Below, one piece after another: positions 36,738 through 51,202 of a stretch of 64,000 nt of DNA. The translations under genes were made by a program, and so were the position numbers. The number at the start of each line of letters is the position of its first letter. Position 1 is the first letter of the stretch. Source of the DNA: a virus; the IMG/VR virus record IMGVR_UViG_3300045988_025287, positions 37,747 to 101,746 of that record. The stretch is one strand, 5' to 3'. The notes beneath the pieces are model-generated. The model was given only the letters and a program-made list of their open reading frames with translations. It was not told the origin of the DNA and ran no database searches.

Positions 36738-39700
36738 TTATAAATTACATATGAATTTTCTTAACGCTTCTTCAAGTTTATCTTGAGTATTAACATTATC
36801 TCTTGCCATCTACTGTGCAAATTCATTTAAATAGGTCTGTCTTTCATCAGCTGTTAAATCATCTAACGTATCTAATACTTCAGATATTCTTTTATTACCT
36901 TGGTCATACAAGGCCATTAAATCTACACCAGTAAGTTCCTTTACCGTAGATTTTATGTTATCTACAGTTTCATCCTCTCTGAATGTATTTTCATATACAT
37001 CGTTTTCAGTATCATTCTCATCTGCTTCTTCAAGTACAACACCTTCAACACTATCGTCAGTATCGTCTTGTTCGTACTCAAATATTCTATCCTGCTCAGC
37101 TATAGCGTAATTCATACCAGAATATGATGGTAATTCTCCAATGTGATGCATATACGCTTTATCTTGCTCAAAGTAAGTTCTTTCTACTTCATCAGTCATA
37201 TCAGATAATGCATCAAGATTATTCAAAGCTTCAAAATAATCCCATTCATTTTCCTTATTGAATTCAAATTGAGTTGATAAACCGTATTCTACGATAGTAT
37301 GACCTTTATAGCTGTATCCTTTTTTGGATATCAAACCATATATAGGAGTATATAAAATTCTACCAGTAAGTTTACCTTTCCATGTTCTTTCTGGTTTATC
37401 AATATAACCTATTAATCTATATACATGCCAATTAGCAGGTTCAAAACCTAAACTGTCTTTTATCTTAACATAAGGAGGGAATATTGGATATTTTATATCA
37501 TCTACTGTTACCCAGTTTAATGGTTTAATAACAGCAGCCTACATATCAGTTCTCTATCCAAATATAATATTTGGCATAACTGCATCTTTATTAAGGCTTA
37601 CAGATCTTAATGGAGCTTGATATTTACCACCATACATGTCTACAGGTCTTACAAGCTTATCATTCTACCAATTATTCAAGAATAAATCCTCAATGTCATT
37701 ATAAGATTTATCTGCATTATTAACCATCTGATCTAATTTACCTTGAATGAATTGAGTATAACCTATATTAATCCTTTCGCTATTAGGTAGGTACTGAAAG
37801 AACGCATTCATTACTGTATTATCTCCAGATGTGTAGAAAGAGTATACGGCTAAATCTCTGAACAATCTCTTAACTGAAGGTTCGGGATCATCTAATAACT
37901 ATCTCCAATAGTTGATAAGATTATTTGCTTGTGCCTAATCTGCATTTAACTATTCTGATCTATCAATAAAGTCTAATCCTTCCTTATTAATATTAGGTAT
38001 TAAGTAGTTAACGAAATCATTAGCTATAGTACCATCATTATTTAGTAAGTGACTTAATCTAGGATTACCCTTTAGTACTTCCTACTTAAATCTATACAGT
38101 CTATTAGGTATAGAATTACGTCCTTGGAACATAGTATTTAAGTCTATATTGTTATCCTTAACATATTGATTAAAGAATTGACTCTTTATCTAAGCTTCCA
38201 TACCATTTATTACAGCGCTAAGTAATTTAGAATCAGCATTAGCGGCTCTACCTACTAATGATAAAGCTATATGTTTTTGATTAGCAAATTGATCAGTATT
38301 ACGTAGTAATAAGTTTCTAAATATAGATGAACCCAAAGGTATACTATTTTCTGTTTTTGTACGAATGAATGTTTCATTAAAGAATCTAGTAACCTCACCT
38401 TTAGCGAATTTACTATTTTCTTCCATGTCTAACATACCTTTATAATATATATCTTGCTCAGCAAAAGTTTTACCAGTCTTCTTAGTATCAATCTTTGAGA
38501 ATTTAACAAGATTAGCTAAATCGTCTGCATAAGGTTTAAGAGCTAACCAAGCGTGGTATATTCTTACTTGTTCTTCATTAAAGTTTTTAGAATCTTCTGG
38601 ATTAATCTTTAATAACTATCTTGTTCTTGATGTTACTTCTCCTTTATCGTCAATATAAGTTCTAAATAGATCTTGATATTCTGAAGCTTTAGTTTTATTT
38701 TTTCTGTTTATATATTCGTACTTTCTACGTAACTTTTTAGTAGGATCATATTTATCTAATACTTTTTCAATAGCTTCTTTTTCAAGTTGGGAAGGAGTCT
38801 TAGTTCTATCAATACCGTACTTACCTTTAGTCTTAAGTACTTCATTAGCCATCTCTACTAAGATAGGTTGTCTAACAAAATAGAATGTTTGAGCGCCTTT
38901 ACCCGTACGTAATAAGAATGACACCATATTATATGTCCAAGCATTAACATTAAGCTTAACAATGTAAGGATCTTTAGCTATATCTACGAACGCATTAATC
39001 ATAGCAGATAACCAGTCTAATATGCGACCTCCTTTAGGATTACCTATTGTAGGATAGTCATATATTCGTCCAACATCTTCTATCTATAAAGTTCCTGTAA
39101 ATTCATTGCTCTACATTTTAATACCTACTAACTAAGTAAGGATATGATGAGCGTTATTCAACGCAAAAGGACCAATACCAGCTTTACCGCCAGTATATTC
39201 CGCCTTTCTATCTTCTTGGTATCTAGGAGTATATACTTCAAATGGTTCTGGATGATATGAACTAGTGCCTTCAATATCTTTAAGTATTCCCTTAACTGTA
39301 TCAGTAGCATCATCAATAGAACCTTTTAACATAGCTGAATTATCCTTAGTAAGAAGAACTTTGATATACATTTTAATAATGTCATTCTTATAAGCACTGG
39401 CTACATCTTCTCTAGTTAATGCACCGCCGTGAGTTATAATTCCCCCGTTTTTGTTAAAGGAATATCGAGCTACATATAGTTTATCAATATCGAAGTCAGA
39501 ACCTGTAAGCTTAGTAAATCCTTCAGGAAGCATAATAGTATCACCCATAATCTCAGGGAATACATCTACGAATCTTAGTGCGGATATTGATGCAATAGAC
39601 TGTGTAGGAATACGATAACCAATTCCGGTAGCATCTGCCCTCTATCCTATGATATTATGATCTAATAACCATTTTCTAGCTTGTTTAAATGTCATCTTAC

Positions 39701-42700
39701 TGTAGTTAGGTATCATATGTTTAAATAGATTTATACTTACTACAGAGTCCATAGAACCATCCTTATCATTAATCATGAGTAATGGTTTTCCATCATTGAT
39801 CATATCTTCTGTAATAACATTCTAGCTAGTAGCTTCGAGTCCAAATGCAGATCTTTGAATGAAAGCTCCACCAGGCATATGAACATCAATAACTAGTTTA
39901 TTAATCATAGATATAAATCTACTTTCTAACCATTTATTATCAGATAAAGCAGACAAAGGTATTACAAATGCATTATTCTTAGTTTTAAGACCAGATAATA
40001 CATTATCATTAGCGTCAGATTCTCTAGCGTCACGCTCTAACATATTACCTAACGCTGTAACATTTATATTACCGTCTACAAACAATTCATCTACTATATC
40101 CTATCTACCCATATTAGATAAAGTATTCAATGCTCCCATTACTGTATCATTGATTTCTCTACCTGTTACTTGAGAACCGTCTGGACCATATAAATCATCC
40201 TTACGTAAATTAGATAAGTTTACTTTTAAGAACTATGTACCAGCCATCTGTTCCGGATGAGTATGAGGATTAGTCTCTAACTGCTGTCTGATATATTTAA
40301 ACTTCTACCTATATGTTACGAGTTTACTCAAATCAGTAATAGTATTACCCTATCCGCTTTCTGCCCAGTCTACTATAGAAGCGGATAATACAGTCTAACC
40401 GTCTTTAAGTTCTATTTCACTATCTTTAGCCTTTCTATAGTATGCAGTAGGAGATTCTGAACCAGCTTTAACTGCAGAATCAAACATAGCCATATCAATA
40501 GGATCATTAGGATCTACCATTCTGTCATATAAAGCTTTAATATCTCCAGTAGCTACAGATTTAAATAACGGGAATAAAGCCATCTTATTAAAGTAAGGTA
40601 TACCTAATCCATTTCTAAATCTGGTACCGAATGCTATATACTTCATAGCATTTAATATAACTTTATTAGCTTCTGCATATAACTTAGGATCAGATTCCCA
40701 TTTATCTGCAGTATCAGGATCAGTCAATACTTCAAATGCTCGTTTAATGTCAGCATTCCATACACCACGCATTCTAAGTAAATCTCTAGTCATATTAGGA
40801 CTTATATATACAGCTGCATCAGCCACATTAACTCCTTTCTTATAACCAGCTACAGCTACTTTAGCTGCTTGTTTAGCAATTTTAGTTTCTTCAGGGTAGG
40901 TATTTTCTATATCACGTATGCTAAGATCTTTTACCTCATTCCAAGCTTCTTCTCCTAACATTTCCTATATAGTTTCTTTTATATTTGCCCTATAGAACAA
41001 ACCTTCATACTCATGGTATTGTTTATCCATGATTTCGTGATCTTTAAGCTCTGTAACTACATATTCATCACGCATTGGATCATTAAAGAAGTCTAATCTA
41101 TTATTCAAACCAGTTGATGTCAAAGAACCTAAACGTTTGATTTTGTCAATAGATACGTCTGTTATACCCTCTCTATCATACTTTACTTTGTAATACGCAG
41201 GTGAACCACTAAATAGCTTTTCTACTTCTTGAATAGATATTATACTATTCATCACATAGTCAGATATCATATCAAATACTGCATATGCTTCCGCATTAGC
41301 ACTATCCACACTCTAATATCTAGCTGATCTTTCTGTTACTACATTATCATCAAGTAATACATTACGTATACTCCATATATTACCTTGATCATTCATAGTA
41401 ATTAAACCAAGATCTCTAGCATATTCTAATTCTTTCTTTACTCTACGATTAATTACTCCAGCTAAGAAAGCCTTTTGTGTTTCTGGAGAAGTATTAAAGA
41501 AATAGTCTTTAGCTAATTGTAAACACTCTTTAGCTGATTTGGTAGGATCATTAAAGTTAACAAAACCTTTATTAGTATATATACCGGTCAAGAATAAGAA
41601 TCTAGCTCCATTGCCTTCCAAAGTTACAGTGTGCTTAACTCCATCTTTATCTTTATAATCATATTTATTAGGAGTATGGAAGTTTTTAATACGTCTAGAT
41701 GGTTCGATCCAATCATTATTTATAGTACCATCATCGTTATAATGTAACCCAGTCTCTGGATTATAATGATTAGGATCATCATCTATCTATCTTAAGCACA
41801 ACTCTATTTGGTTTAGTTCATCGTAACAATAACCTAATAGATAGTCCATAACTTGTTCGCCATACTGAACAAAAGTTTGACCATTATTATTATTGAATCT
41901 AATAGGTTCGTGTGGTAATGTTATTCCTTTAATGAAATGATATGTTTTCTTATCTGCTACTGTAGGGAATATTATTCTATTATTAAATACAGCTGTCATT
42001 TTAGCTATATAGTCCTCTCTATCAGTAATACCGTGGTAATCTCTACCCTTATCTCCAGTAGTAGTATCCTTAAAGTTAATAAGGGTTTCCATTGATAGAT
42101 TTCTATTACCTCCTCTAACTGCCTGCAATATAATAGAATGTTCATTATAAACTACAGATTCTAATTCCTAGAATACAGTAGGATCTGATACTATCTCATT
42201 AAGTCTATCTTTAGCAAAATTATTCTGTGATACCATATAATAAGAATTACCATCAGGACCATAGCTACTCAAACTATTATCTGTAGCATGTGTAAATGCA
42301 TAATAATTAGCTAACTCTTTAACGTAACCTATATTATTCCATACCTATGTAGGATCAACAGTTACTTCATTCACTTTAATTTCTTTAATAGTACTATCAT
42401 TATTTATAGCATTTTTAATTGCTTCAAGTACACTTACTATTTTCGGAATGCCACCGAAATTAACAGTTGAACTGGAGAACTCGCTGATAAGAGTAAATGC
42501 ATCTGATTTAGGATTACCATATCTACCAGATAATAACATTTTGTCTATGGTAGGTACATCAATACCGATACCTATTACATTAAACATGTTAACTAAATAC
42601 TTCTTAAGCATTTTCTAGTTAGATGTTTCGTGCAAATCAATATTTCTATCTCCTATCTTAAGTATACCTTTATTGTTTCTAAAGGCAGTTATAACACTAT

Positions 42701-45700
42701 TAAAATTCTTAATTACAGTATCAAGAGCTTTTTTAGATCCTTCTTCGGCTATTATTACGCCTTCTTTATCGTATTTAAATAATCCAGCATTAGTAAATAA
42801 TGCTTGAGACCATACTTTAGGGTAAGTAGCTGCCTTAACATCGACAGTGTTGTCTACGAGTTCATGCTTAATAAAACCAGTCTCTGGATCTTTACTTATC
42901 TTAGCAGTTACATAATTGTTTATATCACAGGTAACCACTGTCTCTATTTTGGTAAGCATAGCTTCAGCATCAGCAGCCTTAACTAAATCTTCTTTCTGAT
43001 TAGAATCTTTAATCAGTCTGTTAAGTTTAAATAATAAAGCAGAATGAAAAGCACTACCATTTTGAGCATAAGTAGCTACTTTATCAACTATATTAGCTAT
43101 AGTACGACACCCGGACAAATCTTTAAGTATATTGTCCCATGCAGTTTTAGCATCAACAAAATTAGCAAAATGAGTAATAGGATCTATCTTCATAGACATG
43201 GAGCCGTCTGGGCTAATTTCATATAGAGGTATAGTTTGGAAGAAGAACTTAACCTCTGCAGGAGCATTATCCTTAATGGATATATTCATACCTTCTACTG
43301 TATGCTATCCTATATTAACTCTTTCCGCTCCCTCTTCTATATCACTTATAGTTTCATCCTCATTACGATCTATAGCTCTAATACCTAGTTGTTTTAATCT
43401 AGTAGCTATAGTTGGCATAAATACAGTCTCATATTTCTCAAGAATCTCATCCATTACAGGAGAAGGATAAGTTCTAGCTTGCGCTTCTATAATAAGCTTA
43501 AGCCTTTCAAATTGTTGATTATCCTCAGACAATGCTGAATATTCAATATTAGGCACTGCAGTTTGTCCATTTACTCTAAAGAATGCATATGTGAGAGACT
43601 TGATTATATTATCAAATTGATTGTATTGAGTAATTGTTTTTAACTCATAACCAGCTACTTCTAGATTAGGACCAGATGTACCATATATTTGTCTAAATCT
43701 ATTTACATTCTCTTCGTTAGGCTTAATTCCATAGAACTTTCCCCTATTAATATCAGAATATATCTTAGCTAATGCATATTGACCAGTTCTAGCCCACAGC
43801 TTAATAAAATCTAAAATCCTTCTAAACCAATTCTTAGTATCAAAAGCATAGCTTCCAGCTTCATTTAACATAAAGTCTCTAAATTGATCTGCTAAAGCCT
43901 CTTCTATTTGAGAATCCGTCATTTGAGGATTCTTTTTTCTCATTCTATTATATATTCTTTCTCTTCTTTTATTATCTATCAAGAGTAAAGAAACTCTATG
44001 CCATGCTTCATGATACTCTGTACCTACAGGGGCAAAATTACTAATTAATACAGAATCTTCTATTACTCTACCTACTACAGCTGTACCAGCTTCTGTAACA
44101 TCTATTATAGTAGGAATAATCTGAGGAGATGTTCCAAAAGTAGAACTTAACCATTCTTTGGCTTGTTCTGGATCTATTCTTTCATTTACCCATAGAGTAT
44201 TGTCTTCCTATACTTCTACCTCCATATTAGGGCCTCGTTTCTTCCCATCTAATATAGCAAATATATCTGCCATATTCACAGAAGTCTACTTACCACTTTC
44301 ATCTGGTAGAGTAAATACTTTAGTTTTAATAGGATCTTCGTATTCTTTCTCTACCTTTTGTTGAGCTTGCTACTGTATCTTTTCAGCAGCTTTATCTGCT
44401 AACATTACATCATCAACATATATATTAGAATCCCATAACTCATCAGCTATATCAGTAAGTAATATACCTTGTTTGATATACCATCCTAAAGTACTCATAC
44501 CGTTAGGATGTTTACTGTCGATAGTTTTACGACCATTACTTCCTGGAATTATACCAAATTCACTCTAATCTAACTCTATTAAACCAGGGATAATAGTAAG
44601 CTTATCTATGTTGCTATTCTTTAAGAACGCAGCAACTGACTTAAATCTAGGATCTGTTACCTGTGATTGTAAATCTCCTCCTAAGTAATAAGTATTAAGT
44701 GCTTGTTCATCTATATTCCAATGGAAATTAGACATTATATAATTTTTAGCTTGTTGTCTAATATCCGGTTGACTAACTAAGTCACTTATACTATAGCTAG
44801 TATTACCTATTACTAAGTTGCCATTATCATTTACAAAAAATTGTTTTCTTTGTTTGGCTTGAATCTGTTGGGGAGTAAATCTGGTATCATTAGGATTTAC
44901 AGCAGTATGAGGACCAAAGTTTACTATAAAATCTAATATATCAATAGGTCTAATATTAGTCTTAACTCCTTTAGCATCAGTATAGAATTGATCGTTACTA
45001 GTAACTAAATCTAATATCAGATCCGCTATTTGAGGTTTATCTGCAAATGTCTAATAGTTCAATTTAACTAGCTTAGTATCGTATTCTCCATCTAATCTAG
45101 GAACTTTTAATACCCACATGGGTTGACCAAGACTACCACCTTTTACAGATAATATAGTGTTTCTTAATCTTATTACTTCATTGTTTATAGGACCAGTAGT
45201 TATACCTATCTACGTATTATCTGGGGTTATCTCAAATGGATCTTTTATAGTTAACCATGCTGAATCTAGTAAGCTTCTATTCTTAGGGCTGTTATCTGGA
45301 TTTTTTTCATTTCTAAATCTTCCAGTAGTAGCTCTAAGAGCTGTAGGAACTACCTCAAGGTTTGGATTCTTTTTAGTTTGTTCATACAGTTCTATAATCT
45401 TATTTCTCAATCTGACCAGATTATCTACAATCTTAGTCTATTTTTCAAACGGTAGCCTATTAAACGGGCTATATCTACCTCTAAGACCACCTTCAACAGT
45501 TTTAATAGCTCCGGCGTATTTTTTACCTTTGTAATCAAATATAGCATAAATAGCAGGTTCTACTTTTCCGTCTTTATTAGTATAATCGTGTACTTCAAAG
45601 TGAACCCCGTTGTTCATTACTTCAGGTATAAAGTCAGGTTTACTACTTACTAACGATAAATCATCATCATTAAGGTAGTCTTCCATTCCTTGATATCTCT

Positions 45701-48700
45701 TAGATATTCTAATGTAATTACCATTAGCATCTCTAGAACCTTCACTTAATCTGTAATTAATTTCATGAGAATATGGGTCTTCATCTTTATCATATGTTAA
45801 TTCCTATGTATTTACAGTAGTGGGCTATTCTACTGGTATCTATTCCTGCTGAGGCTGCTGTGACTGTTGCAAACTACTAGCTGCTTCTGCTCCTAGCCAA
45901 TCACCCATTATACTAGCTAATGTTGGTAATTCTGCTTGAGTTGGCTGTTCTTGTGTAGGTGTAGCAGGTACTTCTGGAATAGCATCTGCACTCTTAGTAG
46001 GAGTATCGTCATTCTGCTTTACTACTTTCTATCTTTCTTCTGATTTTATTTCCTCTAACTTTTCTGCAGCCTATTGCTCCTCCTATCTAGCTTGCTTCAT
46101 TTCTTCAAGTCTAGCAGGAGCCTAATCTTTTATACGTTGCGCTATTTTACTGTGACTCTAAATAATAAACTTTGACAATTCTACTTGAGAGTTAAGAGTG
46201 TCTGCTAGTCTATTAGCTCTACTAGAATTACCATTAGTATACAGCTCTTCTTCTAACTACATTCTAGTATCTCTCATATCTTCCCATAGATTCTTTAATC
46301 CGTCTTCAGAATTCTCCATAAACTTAGATGCGCTATACTCCTGATAATTCTACCTATTTGGATATAGGTAAGAATAAATATCTTTCATAGCTTGACCTGC
46401 ATTAGCATACGATTTACCAGCTTTGTATTTAGCACTAGGTACAAGAACAACATCTCCTTTAGAGTTCCTTTCTTGTTCAAAGTATTTATTACGTATTGCA
46501 CTAGCGTTCTATCTTGCCTCTGTTATATCTTCTGGTTCAGTTGCTACATCTTCAGCAGTATACTACGCTTTACTTTCTGCAGCAATGGTAGGTTCAGGAT
46601 TGGTAACTTCAGGTGTTGTTGTAACCTCTACAGGTTCTGGAGTTATTTCTTCACTATCTATTACTTCATCCTCTTGCTTCTTTCCAGAGTATAAATCATC
46701 CAACTCCTATACAAAAGTATCTTCCTGATCTTCCACATCTAGCCACTTATTGATTTTTGCTATAGCACCTTTAGGACTATTCATAGCATCTCTCTCAGCT
46801 TTAGCTCTTTCAAAATCAAGATTTGCTATAATTTCTTTTTCTTGTAAGTCCTTAAGAGTCTGATGAAGGTTAGGAACATTTAATTGTTCCTCTGTGATAC
46901 CTAAGTCTTCTGTTTCTTTACGCAGCTATTGATAAACATCATCTATCTGTTGTTTATCTTTATTTAACAAATGTTTAAATTTGATAACATCAGACTTAGA
47001 AGTACGTATGCCCGTATTTTTCTCTAATTCAGACAGCTTGTTACCATTACTGGTATAATCAGTTATGAGTTGATCATATAACTCAGTCTGTGATTTTAAT
47101 CTGATTAAATTACGAATAGCTACTTCTTGATCAGGGGTTACATCAGGCTTAATAGAAGATATATACTGGGATATTTCAGGACTATACATTAACTAGTCTA
47201 CCTCTGATGTTATATTAGCTCTATTATTAGCAGCTTCAGTAAGTAACGCTTCGTGGTGTTCTTTTAATGCTACAAATACATCATACTCTTCTGTTCTAGG
47301 ATCTATTCCTGCTTTCATTGCTTGACTCATAGTGACAGGAGAAGTATACATATTTCTAATGAGTTCTGCCCTCTTTCTCTCGTTCTATATATCCTGTATA
47401 TCTAATCCTTCTGTTCTAGATACTATATTTTCAGCTTCATCAAAAGAACTCATAAGGTTATCATATTTACCAGTTCTAATGAAACTACTATACATGGCAT
47501 TCTTTCTAACTCTATCTTTAGCATCCATCTATTCTGCATACAAAGCAGATACAAATTGGTCAGTAGGTAATTGATTATTTATTTGTATTGCTGCAGATGG
47601 AGCACCGTATACAGTAGTCATTAAACCTCCCAACAATGCACCGCCTTTAAAGTTTTCCATGAATTCCTAATCATTTGAATACACAGGATCCCACGGAGTA
47701 ATAGCTGCAAATACAGCACGAGCTCCAGTACCAATGTTACGTATAAAACTCTTTACTAGATTTGGATCAGCATCAAAATTATTGTCTATATATCTCTATC
47801 CCTTAATGTACTGAACACCTTCTTCAGCTCCTTCTAGTATACCATATACTAATATACGACCACCTAAATCAGTAATGGCTCTACGTTTAGTTCTCATAGG
47901 TAATCTACCTACATTATCTAAGCCAAAAGAAGTTATATCGTCTATTCTATTAGATAATTGCTCTTGCAATCCCTTCTTTAGTTTAGTACCTTTATCAGCT
48001 AAAGTCTTTAAACCTTTTACTTTTTTAGCCATAGAACCTATAGGTACTACTTCTATTGCTTGTTGGGCTATATCACTAATCGATAAAGCCATGTTATCTA
48101 TATATAGAGATCTCAAACCTTCTCTATTATCTAGCATAGCTTTATTAAACTTTCTATTATTTATTTTGATATCTCCAGAAAGTATACGGTCATATACATA
48201 CTCATCATCATTAATTTGATCTGCGCTATAACCCTATTGAGCCATCTTAATCTTAGCATCAGCTAATACACTTTCGTCTACACCTAATTTCTTAGCTGTA
48301 TTCTTTACTGACTGCTTGTAGTTCTAGAATACTTCAGCTTTAGACTCTCGATCTCTACTGTATAAATTAGATCCTATAGATATTAACGCAGCAACTCCTG
48401 CCACTAATGGATTACCAGCACTGGCAGCATAATAAGCAGATATAGTACCTAACAAAGAAGAACCGACAGAAGCAGCACTAGATCCTGCTAAACCCGGTAA
48501 TTTGAATAACCAAGTGTCTATGTCAGAATAATCCATACCAGGCTTTTCTTTGTTCTTTCTATAATATTCTGAGGTTAACTTTTCATCAAATCTCTTAACT
48601 TTATCAGATTGTATTTCGGCATCTCTGAGAGAAATTATCCTCTTATTATAGATATTATCATCTTTCATACTACCGTCAAGTCGAGTAATGGGATTGATTT

Positions 48701-49226
48701 CTTTATCTATTTCTATTAACGCGTTATCTAGATTGCCTTGTTTAAGACTACCTGTAATATAACTATTAAGATAGTTATTGTTAAATTTACCAGATATAGC
48801 AGTATCGTATGCAGATTTATTATTAACTTGCATTAATGATGCTTCCTACAGCTATTGTTTTAATTGTTCATTAGTAGGATCCTAGCTTAACTATCTAGAC
48901 AATTCTATTACTGCTCTACTAGAGTTTATATAATCTTTTAGGCTGATTAAGGTATTATAATCCTAATCAGCCATCACATACTCTCCTAACTTAGCATCTC
49001 TTTCAGTTTGCGCTTTTGTTAAATTCCAATCATAGAATGCGTTAGAAGCCCAATCTGTGAAACCATAATTGTCAAGTGCTTCTTCGTAATTAGCATCTGG
49101 ATTAGCCATACGATGCATATACTCCTCAGTATTAATCTGAGGAGCTATCATAGCATCATACATTGCTGTTCTTTGTCTAATACTATCTATTAATGATGTA
49201 TCATATACTTTCTTTTTCTTTGCCAT
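36738..49226 (-). CDS. giant 4,162-aa virion protein containing a crAss-type RNA polymerase module; 60 in-frame TAG
   Basis: 19 track fragments share one frame and each ends in TAG. Every gap read in that frame gives 60 TAG and no TAA/TGA. ATG 49226..49224 is preceded by in-frame TGA 49268..49266. Ends at TAA 36740..36738. GSDFDIDKLY at about 39.5 kb is a DxDxD loop as in two-barrel RNAPs (phi14:2 gp66-type). Confidence 0.75.
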
Positions 49227-49228
49227 AT

Positions 49229-51202
49229 TTATCTGCCTAATAATTGTTGTGCTGACGTCTGGTATTCATCTTTAGCTTGAGAAGATCCTCCAATACCACT
49301 AGAAGATCCTCCTTGCCATCTTTGATTTACTCTTTGCCAATACTCTGATGATGTATATGAGTTAGGTAATGTTCTATAAGCATCTACTTCATAATATTCA
49401 ACGCCATCTTGTCCTACTACTTCAGTTACTTTAGAAGCTCCAAATTGTTGCTTAAGAGCGCCTTTAGTAGTCTATCTGCCAAATGGCATAGAATAACTAG
49501 AAGCCATTTCACTAAACAACACAGGATAATTTACCCACATACCTGTTCCTAATGATTCTTCAATTCTTTCTTTAGGTATTCTAAGTTTGCCGGATAAAGC
49601 CATACTTCCAGGCCCTGTCTTTACTACTTTATTATTTGGTATAAATTGAACTCCACTTAATTGACCACTTTCTACTAACTCTCTAAACGGAAAACTAGTA
49701 TCTCTTCCTATACCGGCATCTCTACGAGCTTTTCTACCAGGTCCTTCATTACCAGCAATCATACTAAATACTGTTTCCGGTAATAAGAATCCTTCTGTAG
49801 TATTAAATTGATATCCCTAATGTTTAATACCGTCACTATCTTGTATTTCTGTAGATAATGCTCCAACACCCGTTAATAAGTCGTCTTTATCGAGTAATCC
49901 TACTGGCGCACTTACTTTATTAAGCGCAGCATTTACTCCTTTTAGATAAGATTTGGTACTAAATTCTTTACTATCCTAACTAGTTAACGGGGAGAAACCA
50001 GCTACTCTTTGGAATTCATCTCTTACTACATGCTTACTAGCTAAACTAACCATTTGATTCTATAACTGTTGAGCTCTATTACTAGCTGCTACTGCTGTTA
50101 CATAGTCTTCATCGTTTCCAGTTTGTCTGTATCTAGTGCTGTATTCATTAGCTGCCTACACCATAGAACCATATTCATTCTGCATTCTATCTATATTGCG
50201 TAGACCTTTACGTGCATCGTCTGCAATTTTACTGTTAGGATACTTAGTGATCAAACTAGATATATAGTCTCTATAACTATTAAACTTATTACCTATACCA
50301 GACATAGTGTTTCTAGTAATACTATCATTTAAAAAATCTAATCTAGTAGGATTAGGTCTTATTACTTCTTCATTACTTCCCCTGTTACTTTGTTTAGCCA
50401 TAGCTAACCAATATGGGTCTACAGTATCTTGATTCACAATTCTATCTCTCTGTGAGTCAGCTATCATTCCTACGAATCTCTATCTAGCTAATTCAGCATC
50501 CCCTCCAGAAGCATCTAATGCTTCTCTATAATACTGTTGACCCTAAGGCGTACTAATTAAATCATTAAACTTAGCATCTGCAATATCGTACAATGTATCA
50601 TAAGTAATGCCTACTCTATTGTATTTGACTCCATCTTTCCATACAGACCCTATTGAACTAGGTTTAAGATTACTAAAGTAAGGATTAGCTAGTTCATCTG
50701 CAGTCATATAACGTAATGGGGTAATTTGATCAAATACTCTTTTACTACCTAAAGTATCATAATTAGGTATATTTGCAGAATCCCAGCTTCGTTTATATCT
50801 TCCTTCTGCTTCCATTTTAGCTCTCATCTCAAGACCTGCCCTAAGATTATCAGCACTTTCTTTGAGTAAACTTAAAGATCCGTAATCAGTATTACTAATT
50901 ATAGATTGTAAATTAGCACGAAAACCTGCATCTTTTAAGGCATCTGGATTAGAAACTATTTGATTAATAGCATCTTGTACATCTTGACGATTAATAGTTA
51001 AATTGTAGTAATTCTATGTGTCTATTGCAGATGGTGATCTAAATTCTCCAAACTTTTGTAACTAAGTATTAAACTATTGTGCAGCCTCATCTACAGCTTG
51101 CTTCTACGCTGCCCCTATTCTATATAATTCACCAAAGTTAATAGGTACATATGTATTTAATATAGGAGCTTCCGCTGCTCTATCATATCTATTAGCCTAC
51201 AT
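49229..51202 (-). CDS. virion protein (657 aa); TAG as codon 2
   Basis: Fragments 49472.., 50156.. and 50543.. share one frame, with only TAG between them. TAA at 49231..49229 lies 2 nt before the next ATG. The best start is ATG 51202..51200 (ATG TAG GCT..), which overlaps the upstream gene end by 11 nt. The start is uncertain. Confidence 0.6.
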
